Of a stretch of DNA of 32,512 bases, positions 7,649-15,562 are shown in pieces (positions within the stretch are counted from its first letter, which is position 1; every line of letters begins with the position of its first letter). Source of the DNA: Halobacteriales archaeon. Its GTDB lineage: Archaea > Halobacteriota > Halobacteria > Halobacteriales > SKSH01. The stretch spans positions 1-32,512 of the forward strand of contig SKSH01000191.1 of the NCBI GenBank assembly GCA_007118075.1, given 5' to 3'. The notes under the pieces were generated by a model. The model made no database searches and was not told the DNA's origin. It saw only the letters and a list, made by a program, of their open reading frames with translations. The translations under genes and the position numbers were made by a program.

Positions 7649-8215
7649 GTGGTCAACCCTCCACCGACTGTGAACTGGTACCTGACTGGTCACCCCGGTA
7701 TCGGCAAGACGACGGTGGTCGAATCACTGGTCGTGCGACTCACTCGTCGCGGTTGGGCGGTCGATGGGTTGCTCGCTCCAGAGCGCCGAAAGGGGGGTCA
7801 ACGAACAGGGTTCGATATCAGCGATGTGCATGGCCAGGATCGGGTCCCCATGGCATCAAGCGAAGTATCGGGTACCCCCAGCGTTGGACGGTATACGGTC
7901 GACACTGATGCGATCGAACGAATCACGGCTACCGTATTATCCCGGGCACGCAAGCAGGCAGATGCTGTTGTGATCGATGAACTCGGAGGGATGCAATCGA
8001 AGAGCCAAGTATTCCTCGATGAGGTCGCCCTGACGCTTGCTGCGCCGATCCCGACGGTACTCACGGTGAAGGTCGATGGGTTTCGCCACTATCTCGAGCT
8101 TGTTGGGGTCACGTTCGACGAAATCCAGTTGATCAAAGTGGACGAGACCAACCGAGACCGACTGCCCAGAGAGCTCACCAAGTCGGTCGAGGCCACGCTC
8201 GGTAATACAGCCTAG
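7649..8215 (+). CDS. nucleoside-triphosphatase THEP1 family (COG1618)
   Basis: Walker A is YLTGHPGIGKTT and Walker B is AVVIDELGGM. The size of about 185 aa fits. There is no N-terminal ATG, so the start is GTG 7649 or GTG 7670. Confidence 0.8.
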   Translation: MVNPPPTVNWYLTGHPGIGKTTVVESLVVRLTRRGWAVDGLLAPERRKGGQRTGFDISDVHGQDRVPMASSEVSGTPSVGRYTVDTDAIERITATVLSRARKQADAVVIDELGGMQSKSQVFLDEVALTLAAPIPTVLTVKVDGFRHYLELVGVTFDEIQLIKVDETNRDRLPRELTKSVEATLGNTA

Positions 8216-9276
8216 TCCTGGTGGCCGAGTAACGCATCAACATCCGTATGATCTTCGAGCAATGAACGCATCAGCTCGACCGCTTCAACATCCCTGGTCC
8301 GCCCACTGCGAACGATCGCCTCTGCTCGGTCGACGATAGTCCGAGTGTCGGCGGCACACAGCAACACCGGCATGCCAGCGGAGGTAGCTCGGCCGATGAT
8401 CGCCTCAGACGGGCGCATGCTGCCAGTCAAGATCAAGCACTCGACCCCTGGAGCCTCGATCGCGATGCTCTGGATATCAGCGCGGTCACCACCGGTGATG
8501 ACCGCAGCTGCACGGGTTCGACGAAGATGTGCGGAAGCAGCCTCTCGACCCATGGCCCCGATGAGGAAGCGCTCGACCAATCGATCAGTCCCCTCAGTCG
8601 AGAGCAGCTCACCACCGAGTTCGTTCGCGAGCTGATCAACCGTCACCCCGGCGAGTTCGCGTAGACGGGGGATCACCCCGAGGACCCCGATACCCTCTGC
8701 CTCAAGGTACGATGCCACATCAGCCTCGAGCTCGTCCACGACGCTATCGCCGATGGCGTTAAAGAGTATCCCCTCAAGGTAATCGTCGAACCGTCGGGCG
8801 GCTGCAACGGTCTGATCGACATCGCTCGGTTCCTGATAGGTTGCGGTGAGCACCGTCCGGGCATCGATGAGGCTGGCCAACTCTGGATCGCTCATCCGAA
8901 GGATCGCTCCGACATCGAGATCTCCGCCCCCCTCGACGATGAGGAGATCATGTTTTTCGGCAAGCGTGTCGATCGACCCAATGACACGGTCACGGAGAGC
9001 CTTCGGATCGTCGTGTCCTCTGAGTACACCCTGGATGAACGTGGGAGAGTAGACGATCGGCTCGAGGGTCTCGATCGGTTCATCGAGGCCGAGTAACTCA
9101 GCTGCGAAGACCGGGTCCTGGTCGATGGTCTTGCCGAGGTGACTCTGCAGCCGAGTGCCTTTCGGCTTCATGTATCCGATCGAAAGATCGCGTTGGGAAG
9201 CAAGCTGTGCGAGAGCAAGCGCGATTGACGTCTTGCCCGTGCCGTCCTCTGTCGTGGTGAGTAGTAGTGGTTGCAT
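8212..9276 (-). CDS. phosphotransacetylase-N-terminal-like protein (BioD/CobQ-like P-loop + DRTGG domain, no PTA catalytic domain)
   Basis: 354 aa. The N-terminus is MQPLLLTTTEDGTGKTSIALALAQL..GYMKPKG (BioD-like P-loop). The C-terminal part reads AAVITGGDRADIQSIAIEAPGVECLILTGS (DRTGG-type). Its ATG at 9274-9276 lies 2 nt after the ACD stop. Confidence 0.8.
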   Translation of the reverse strand: MQPLLLTTTEDGTGKTSIALALAQLASQRDLSIGYMKPKGTRLQSHLGKTIDQDPVFAAELLGLDEPIETLEPIVYSPTFIQGVLRGHDDPKALRDRVIGSIDTLAEKHDLLIVEGGGDLDVGAILRMSDPELASLIDARTVLTATYQEPSDVDQTVAAARRFDDYLEGILFNAIGDSVVDELEADVASYLEAEGIGVLGVIPRLRELAGVTVDQLANELGGELLSTEGTDRLVERFLIGAMGREAASAHLRRTRAAAVITGGDRADIQSIAIEAPGVECLILTGSMRPSEAIIGRATSAGMPVLLCAADTRTIVDRAEAIVRSGRTRDVEAVELMRSLLEDHTDVDALLGHQD

Positions 9277-9278
9277 GG

Positions 9279-11375
9279 TTACCTGGCCTCCAGGGTGATC
9301 CGTAGGTCGATGGCATAGACGCCCTCGGGAGACGCTACCAGCGGATTGATGTCGAGCTCGAGGATGTCCTCATGGTCCTGGATCAACCGATCGATCCCGA
9401 GGAGGGTGTCGACGATCGCCGCACGGTCGACCGCCGGGCGTCCGCGGAACCCACGAAGCAAGGGAGCCGCATCGATCCCATCGAGCATCTCCCTGGCGGT
9501 GGCCTCATCGAGTGGCGAGACTCGCATGGTGACGTCCTCGAGGAGCTCGACGAAGATACCACCGAGGCCGAAGAGGACGACCGGACCGAACTGTGGATCA
9601 CGGTTGGCTCCAACGATCACCTCGACCGAGTCTCCGAGATCGAGCATCTCCTGGACGTACACCCCCAGGACCGATGCTTCAGCCCGGTAGCGCTTTGCTC
9701 GAGCGACCAGGTCCTCGTAGGTGTCTTCGACCGCCGTCGGGCCAACGCCGATCCGGACCCCACCGATGTCGGTCTTATGGCTGATGTCTGGGCTGACGAT
9801 CTTCATCACGACGTTGTCTCCAGGGATCGTGGAGGCAAGCTCCATCGCCTCCTGTGGATCGGTGGCCAACCCGCCTTCCGGTGTCTCGATCCCATACGCG
9901 TCGAACAACTCCATCGCCTCCAGACCGAGCAGCTGTCGATCGGCAGCTCGTGCCTCCTCGAACACCGACGAGGCGAGTTCAGCATCGACGACACGATTGG
10001 GAGTAGTCGATGCGGGCCTCGCCTGGCGACGTCGATAGGTCTCGAGCACCCCCATGGCTGAGACGGCTCGCGCCGGGTCGAAATAGTTTGGAATCCCTTC
10101 CTGACGGAGTCGGTCGGTCGCCTCATTGGTCGAACGGTGACCACCCATCAAACAGGCCACAGTCGGGATATCGAACCGGGAAGCGATCAATGCGATATCG
10201 TCTGCGAGTGTGGCATAGTCAAGCGTCGCGACCGGTGCTGAGAGGACGATGAGCGAATCGACCGCTGCATCCGCGGCGACGATCTCGAGCACCTGTTCAA
10301 AGCGGTCGTTCGAGGCATCACCGATGATATCGATCGGATTGTACGGGTCTGCTGCCGGAGGCAAGAGTTCGGCAAGATGTTCGACGGTCGGTTCGGTCAA
10401 CTCGGCGATGGAAAGCCCTGCCGAGGCCGCGGCATCGGTGGCCATCACCGCTGGCCCTCCGGCATTCGAGACGATCCCCAGGCCGTCTCCAGAGGGGACT
10501 GGTTGACCAGCGAGCACCTCTGCCGCATCGAACAAATCAGCGATCGATGCGGCGCGAACGACCCCGCTTTGACCAAATGCGGCATCCACTACACGGTCAC
10601 TCCCTGCCATCGCCCCAGTATGAGACGAGGCTGCCTGGGCACCAGCGTCAGTTCTTCCCGATTTGACTAACACCACTGGTGTCTCGGCACTGATCCGTTC
10701 AGCGGCCTCCATGAACTGGCGACCACGTGGTACGCTCTCTAGATATCCGATGATCACCTCGGTGCCGGTATCTGCAGACCATGCCTCAAGCAGTGCTGCC
10801 TCGTCGACATCGAGCTTGTTGCCCAATGATACGACGTGACGGAATCCGATCCCCTGCTCGCTGGCCCAATCCAAGACCGCCGTCGCAACGGCTCCGGACT
10901 GGCTCATGAAAGAGATCGGACCGGGAGCCGCCATCGCCGGTGCGAAGGTCGCATTGAGCCCGGTCTGGGTGCTCATCACCCCCAAGGAGTTCGGGCCGAT
11001 GACCGTGAGGTTGTACTCATCGATGACGGCCTCGAGTTCGCTCGAGCGCTTCGCACCCTCGCGACCAGCCTCCTCGAACCCTGCAGTGATGATCACCAAG
11101 TGAGTGATGCCGAGCTGTCCGGCTTCACGAGCCACCTCGATGGCAGCATCCGATGGAACGACCACGACAACCAAGTCGACCGCTCCAGCCCCAGCGAGAC
11201 CGTCTGCACATTGTAAGTCGAACACCGAATCCCTGGTCGGGTTGATAGGGATCACCTCCCCCTCGAAATCAGCGAGGAGGTTTTGCATGATCGCCGCACC
11301 GACCGAACCCGTTCGATCGGTCGCGCCCACGACCGCTACCCGGGTTGGAGAGAACAGCTCCGCCAGGTCGTCCAT
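9279..11375 (-). CDS. acd: acetate--CoA ligase (ADP-forming), fused alpha/beta (ACD; NDP-forming acyl-CoA synthetase)
   Basis: ORF 9279..11426(-) begins at TTG. An ATG at 11373-11375 gives MDDLAELFSPTRVAVVGATDRTGSVGAAIMQNLL (CoA-binding domain). It also has ...SHTGAMAG (catalytic His loop) and a C-terminal ATP-grasp region. The length is about 698 aa. Confidence 0.92.
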   Translation of the reverse strand: MDDLAELFSPTRVAVVGATDRTGSVGAAIMQNLLADFEGEVIPINPTRDSVFDLQCADGLAGAGAVDLVVVVVPSDAAIEVAREAGQLGITHLVIITAGFEEAGREGAKRSSELEAVIDEYNLTVIGPNSLGVMSTQTGLNATFAPAMAAPGPISFMSQSGAVATAVLDWASEQGIGFRHVVSLGNKLDVDEAALLEAWSADTGTEVIIGYLESVPRGRQFMEAAERISAETPVVLVKSGRTDAGAQAASSHTGAMAGSDRVVDAAFGQSGVVRAASIADLFDAAEVLAGQPVPSGDGLGIVSNAGGPAVMATDAAASAGLSIAELTEPTVEHLAELLPPAADPYNPIDIIGDASNDRFEQVLEIVAADAAVDSLIVLSAPVATLDYATLADDIALIASRFDIPTVACLMGGHRSTNEATDRLRQEGIPNYFDPARAVSAMGVLETYRRRQARPASTTPNRVVDAELASSVFEEARAADRQLLGLEAMELFDAYGIETPEGGLATDPQEAMELASTIPGDNVVMKIVSPDISHKTDIGGVRIGVGPTAVEDTYEDLVARAKRYRAEASVLGVYVQEMLDLGDSVEVIVGANRDPQFGPVVLFGLGGIFVELLEDVTMRVSPLDEATAREMLDGIDAAPLLRGFRGRPAVDRAAIVDTLLGIDRLIQDHEDILELDINPLVASPEGVYAIDLRITLEAR

Positions 11376-11536
11376 TGCTAGCTGCTGCGTCTGGTCTGCG
11401 CAAAAAACGCATGGGTTAGTCCACAAGATCGAGAGGATCGGTTCAATCCAATAAATGATCTCAGTTACCGATCAGCCCTGAGGGAGCCACTTATTCAAGT
11501 TGTGAGATATAATAATAGAAATAATAGTGACATATT

Positions 11537-11558
11537 TGTCAAGTGGAAGTACTTGACA
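11537..11558. promoter_or_regulatory. perfect 8-bp inverted repeat TGTCAAGT-N6-ACTTGACA in an AT-rich divergent control region (candidate operator)
   Basis: Read directly from the sequence: tgtcaagt ggaagt acttgaca at 11537-11558. It lies between the divergent acd (ATG 11375) and DoxX (ATG 11675) genes. Confidence 0.3.
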
Positions 11559-11674
11559 TAACCGGGTGGAATCAGTTGAGAACCGATTACCAACGCTTGT
11601 CCCCATTTTTCAAGAGAGTAGCACAGTATTATTATATCATCCCAGAGAAATCCCACATGTAAGGAATCAATATT

Positions 11675-12289
11675 ATGGCAGGAAGAAGTCCACGAGAACG
11701 AACGTTGGAAGCACAGATACTCGGTCGAGACGTTAGATTCGATTACTCTGAGACCTGGGTTGCTTGGTCGGTCCTCAGTCTCCGTGTCATCATGGCATGG
11801 GTCTTCCTGCAAGCCGGGTTGGAGAAGCTCTTTGGGGATGGAATCAGTGGATTCCTTGAGAATCCGTTGACCGGAGGGTGGAGTGCTGAAGGATACCTCA
11901 GCCCCGATACACCATTCGGTGTGAGTCCCGATACGCCACTGTCCGGTATCTTCGCTGAAATGTCGGCGAACGCAGCACTGATCGATCCGTTGGTCGCTTG
12001 GGGACAGGTCCTGATCGGCCTCGCACTGCTATTTGGAATCATGGTCCGGTTCGCCGCTTTCATGGGTTCACTCCAGATGTTCCTCTTCTGGTGGGCAGCC
12101 TTGCAAGGTGGCCTCCTTGCGGGATTACCAGTCGAGCACGGCTGGGTCGTTGACAGTTCACTCGTCTACATCTTCATCCTCTTCGGCCTCGGTGCCGTTG
12201 GTGCCGGACGAATCCTCGGATTCGACGCACAGATCGAGGAGTGGCCGGTCGTCCAGGACAACCCCTGGTTGAAGTATCTCCTCGGTTGA
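11675..12289 (+). CDS. DoxX family membrane protein (DoxD/TQO small-subunit-like)
   Basis: 204 aa. WSVLSLRVIMAWVFLQAGLEKLFG... is a typical DoxX opening, and multiple TM segments follow. Confidence 0.7.
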   Translation: MAGRSPRERTLEAQILGRDVRFDYSETWVAWSVLSLRVIMAWVFLQAGLEKLFGDGISGFLENPLTGGWSAEGYLSPDTPFGVSPDTPLSGIFAEMSANAALIDPLVAWGQVLIGLALLFGIMVRFAAFMGSLQMFLFWWAALQGGLLAGLPVEHGWVVDSSLVYIFILFGLGAVGAGRILGFDAQIEEWPVVQDNPWLKYLLG

Positions 12290-12317
12290 GGGTCCACCAG
12301 CACCGCTGGCGGCCAAC

Positions 12318-12333
12318 GGTCACCTTTTTGACC
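12318..12333 (+). terminator. short hairpin with T5 run downstream of the DoxX gene (candidate archaeal terminator)
   Basis: GGTCA-ccttttt-GACC at 12318-12333, with TTTTT at 12325-12329, about 30 nt after the stop at 12289. Confidence 0.3.
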
Positions 12334-12358
12334 ACCCAAGAGGTAGCCGAGGCCAACC

Positions 12359-12796
12359 ATGGCTGAACTCTATATCGCCGGTACCTTCGTCGGTGCCCTG
12401 TTCGTGCTCATATTGGCATTCTGGATCAACAGTCGCCGAACGCGCCACTCGAAGTTTCTGAAATCAGAGCGTCTGAAACAGGACAATGGACTAGAGCATC
12501 TCGTCAAGAAAATCGTCTCAAGCCCGGTGAGTTGGATGGTCGCCTTCATCGCAGTCGTCTCCGTCGCCTTAGCTGCCGCCATCGGTGTCCTCACCGGTCT
12601 GTTGGAATTCGAGGGAGGTGCGTGGATGGCCGTCACACTCATCTTCGGTACGCTGTTCAGTGGTTTCATCATTTACAATGTCTATGCCGTCGCCCGTAAT
12701 CGCGGGCATTCGAGCGCACTGAGCATCGGGGAATCACTCGCAGTGCTCGTGTTGATCTTGTTCGTCGGTGTCGCCGCCATGTTGATCATGGCCTGA
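12359..12796 (+). CDS. hypothetical integral membrane protein (about 4 TM segments)
   Basis: 145 aa. The hydrophobic segments are IAGTFVGALFVLILAFWI, WMVAFIAVVSVALAAAIGVLTGLL, MAVTLIFGTLFSGFIIYNVYAV and LAVLVLILFVGVAAMLIMA. Confidence 0.6.
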   Translation: MAELYIAGTFVGALFVLILAFWINSRRTRHSKFLKSERLKQDNGLEHLVKKIVSSPVSWMVAFIAVVSVALAAAIGVLTGLLEFEGGAWMAVTLIFGTLFSGFIIYNVYAVARNRGHSSALSIGESLAVLVLILFVGVAAMLIMA

Positions 12797-12910
12797 TCCT
12801 CCGACACCCTTTTCCCGGTTCAACCACGTCCCAGTAGCATGGTCTGTAAGACCAGTGGCTGCGTTCCGCGACGTCGGTAGCGACTGTTCTCGTGCTGGAG
12901 GGAGGTCGAG

Positions 12911-13663
12911 ATGAGACGGATGTGCAGCCGACTGAACAGGGTTGGATTCGACGGTATCGCTATCAAACCAAAAGAGCGATCGCTCACCAGTATCGAACCA
13001 AGCCAAATCGATCGATTGGTCTTCGATTTCGAGGGGATGGAACATCTCCCGACCCCGATGACGATCCAGCAACTCGCTGAGGAGACCGAAGTCATCTTGA
13101 CCGCACCAGTCAGGCATGATGGGTTCGATCCACTCGGTGATGACGACTGGTTCACCCGCTTCGAACCATTCGCTAAATTCGCCATCGTCGCCGGTAACCG
13201 GGCCTATCTAGATACTGTTGCAAGCAAACGTGCAATCGCTCCAAGGATCGGTGCAGCCAGGACCCGATTCCCCGATGCGTGGATCGGTACCGAGGGGATC
13301 GAACGGCTCGCACTGGCGACCGGAGCAACCCAGTATGAATTGCTCTCGGGGGGAAGTGAACAGGTCATCAACGGACTTCGAGCGGCTGGCTTCGAGGGGA
13401 CAATCGCGATCTATGCACCGACGATGATCACCGAGGATCGGACTGCGGCACTAAACCAACTTGCGGGGTATCTGAAACGACGGAAACCGGTGGCACGTGT
13501 GATTGAAGCGCAAGCAGGAAACGTCGAGGAGACCGGAGAGGTACTTGATCGGGTGCTGGATCAGTACGCACTGGTTGGTCCACCCGCCACGATCGAACAG
13601 CGAATCGTCGAGCTGAAAACAGCTGGTGCTGACTTGCTCATCGCCTACCCGGTTGGAGGATGA
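12911..13663 (+). CDS. hypothetical protein with luciferase-like/Mer-like (LLM TIM-barrel) C-terminal signature
   Basis: 250 aa. GGAGGGAGG lies immediately upstream of the ATG at 12911. The C-terminus LVGPPATIEQRIVELKTAGADLLIAYPVGG resembles the LLM-class flavin/F420 oxidoreductase tail. The rest of the protein is not recognised. Confidence 0.5.
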   Translation: MRRMCSRLNRVGFDGIAIKPKERSLTSIEPSQIDRLVFDFEGMEHLPTPMTIQQLAEETEVILTAPVRHDGFDPLGDDDWFTRFEPFAKFAIVAGNRAYLDTVASKRAIAPRIGAARTRFPDAWIGTEGIERLALATGATQYELLSGGSEQVINGLRAAGFEGTIAIYAPTMITEDRTAALNQLAGYLKRRKPVARVIEAQAGNVEETGEVLDRVLDQYALVGPPATIEQRIVELKTAGADLLIAYPVGG

Positions 13664-13673
13664 GACCGGACAA

Positions 13674-14942
13674 TCAGTGATCGATGACGGTGAGTTCGTC
13701 GATCGGCCATTGGCTGAGGAGCTCAACACCATCCTCTCGGACCACCACCATCTCTTCGACACGAACACCCTGACGGTCGGCTGGCCGCTGTGTCTCAACC
13801 GCCATCGTCATGCCCTCCTCGAGTTCGATCGGATAGTCGGATGAGAGGCCGCGCCAGATCAACGGGACCTCATAGAGTTGGAGCCCAAGCCCATGTGCCC
13901 AGTGGTTGGTGGTCATCTGCCAGTACTCGTCTGCATCGTAGTAATCCATGTGCTCACCATCGGCATCGGGGAACCCCTCGACGACCTCGTCCGTGGTGAC
14001 CCCTGGCTTGATCCGGTCGAGGACATCGTAAAGATCATCGACCGCCAGTTTATAGGCATCCTGTTGGGAGTCGGTTGGCGACCCCATCGAGAAGGTACGA
14101 TAGTAGCATGATCGATACCCAAGGAAGCCGATATTGTAGAAATCAGCATAGAGGAGGTCTCCGGGCCGGATGAGCCGATCGGTGGTGTTCGCCTGATGTT
14201 TCGGCCAGGTATTCGGTCCGCTGGTCAAGTAGCCACCCTGGACCATCGCACCATGGCGCCAGAGCTCACGGACAGCCTCACCCCAAAGTTCAGCCTCGGT
14301 CTTACCGGGCGATGCCTCGTCGACGATCCGTTGGAACCCCGCCTCACAGATGGCGGCAACCTGTCGTAGACATTCGATCTCATCTCGCGTCTTGACCCGC
14401 CGTGCTACCTCCATCGCTGACGTACAGGACTTGACATCCGTCGTTGGACCTCGACGTTCGAGGGCATCGAGCAGTCGGGTGTTCCCGACATCGACACCGA
14501 GGGTGGCACCATCGTATCCATACTCCTCCATGGCCGAGACGACGGTATCGGCCATCGTCTCGATGAGAAAGCGCCGGGCCCCGTCGTGTCCGGATGCTCG
14601 AGGTACGTTCCCGAGGCCGGGACACGCATATCGGATATCATCCAGCCATGGACAGTTGAATCGTTGATTGGAGGCATGATCAGCCGTATCCCAGTGGACC
14701 ACCTGTCCATCCTCGAACAACAACGTGTAGTGGTCGGCACCGCTGCCACCGGTCATCGCGAGACCCGTGACATACCGGATGTTCGGGTCGCTTACGAACA
14801 ACGCAGCCTCGAGACCGTTCGACTGTAGTTGTTCGAGCGCTCGTTCCTTACGCTCGGTTCTGAGCCGTTTGGTGTCGATGCGTTCCTCCCAGTCGACAGC
14901 CATCGTTCCGCGGGTCCCTTCCATGTAGGTCCGATCGTACAT
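13674..14942 (-). CDS. M24 family (creatinase/prolidase/DddP-like pita-bread fold) protein with a creatinase-type N-domain
   Basis: 422 aa. It has ...IRPGDLLYADF...YRSCYYRTF...WAHGLGL...GMTMAVE...GVRVEEMVVV, the order of M24 metal-ligand motifs. The N-terminal region reads LEAALFVSDPNIRYVTG. Confidence 0.85.
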   Translation of the reverse strand: MYDRTYMEGTRGTMAVDWEERIDTKRLRTERKERALEQLQSNGLEAALFVSDPNIRYVTGLAMTGGSGADHYTLLFEDGQVVHWDTADHASNQRFNCPWLDDIRYACPGLGNVPRASGHDGARRFLIETMADTVVSAMEEYGYDGATLGVDVGNTRLLDALERRGPTTDVKSCTSAMEVARRVKTRDEIECLRQVAAICEAGFQRIVDEASPGKTEAELWGEAVRELWRHGAMVQGGYLTSGPNTWPKHQANTTDRLIRPGDLLYADFYNIGFLGYRSCYYRTFSMGSPTDSQQDAYKLAVDDLYDVLDRIKPGVTTDEVVEGFPDADGEHMDYYDADEYWQMTTNHWAHGLGLQLYEVPLIWRGLSSDYPIELEEGMTMAVETQRPADRQGVRVEEMVVVREDGVELLSQWPIDELTVIDH

Positions 14943-15005
14943 TGTCCTGATGTTCCTCGACCGCCCCCATTAACATTCCTTGACGAGCTCTACAGGAACA
15001 TCCAC

Positions 15006-15503
15006 ATGCGAATCACCAGCGCCACACCGGGAGCTGCCCCGTCGATCGAAGCGGTCGCGCGAACGGCCTGGCATGCGACCTACGATCACATCATCGGCGA
15101 GAAGGCAGTGGATGAACTCGTCGACAACTGGTACGATGTCGAGGACATTCGACGCTCGATCGAACGGGATATCGCGCCGATGTTCATCGCTATCGAACAG
15201 GAGTCAACGCTTGGCTTCGCCCAGGGCGGCCCGACCGAGGCTGGACCGGCTGATGCCGTCATCTCTCGCATCTATGTGCACCCAGACCGATGGGGAGAGA
15301 GGATCGGTTCACGCTTGCTCGACCGACTCTGTGGCACCCTCGCAGACCGAGGTTACGAAGCTATCTGGCTCGCGGTATTAGCAGAGAACGAGGTGGGCCG
15401 ACGCTTTTACGAGGCCAAGGGTTTCGAGAAGGTCGAGCGACAGTTCACGGAATTGGCCGGCGTGGAACACGAGGAACTACTTCTCACCAAGCACCTCGAA
15501 TGA
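15006..15503 (+). CDS. GNAT family N-acetyltransferase
   Basis: ORF 14829..15503(+). An internal ATG at 15006 gives MRITSATPGAAPSIEAVARTAW... The acetyl-CoA motif is IYVHPDRWGERIGSRLLDRL (R/Q-x-x-G-x-G/A type), followed by ...NEVGRRFYEAKGF. Confidence 0.85.
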   Translation: MRITSATPGAAPSIEAVARTAWHATYDHIIGEKAVDELVDNWYDVEDIRRSIERDIAPMFIAIEQESTLGFAQGGPTEAGPADAVISRIYVHPDRWGERIGSRLLDRLCGTLADRGYEAIWLAVLAENEVGRRFYEAKGFEKVERQFTELAGVEHEELLLTKHLE

Positions 15504-15562
15504 CAGACTGATTGCAACACGGTTAGGGAGGTTTATGCGGTGGGCAACAGACCATCCGGACA

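Noticed and set aside
7643-7653. Strong Shine-Dalgarno-like AAGAGGTGGTC upstream of the THEP1 gene as evidence for a downstream GTG 7670 start
   Set aside because: The spacing to GTG 7670 is about 17 nt, which is too long. The element overlaps the alternative GTG 7649 start itself. It cannot discriminate between the two starts, so the start is left uncertain.
11376-11674. AT-rich region as a replication origin
   Set aside because: I saw no repeated ORB-like elements flanking an unwinding element, and there is no adjacent cdc6/orc1 gene. A divergent promoter and operator region is the simpler explanation.
11495-11812. 105-aa minus-strand ORF spanning the AT-rich spacer and the 5' end of the DoxX gene
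   Set aside because: It overlaps the DoxX coding start. Its sequence is of low plausibility (a Leu/Phe-rich tail derived from AT-rich DNA). It has no motif support.
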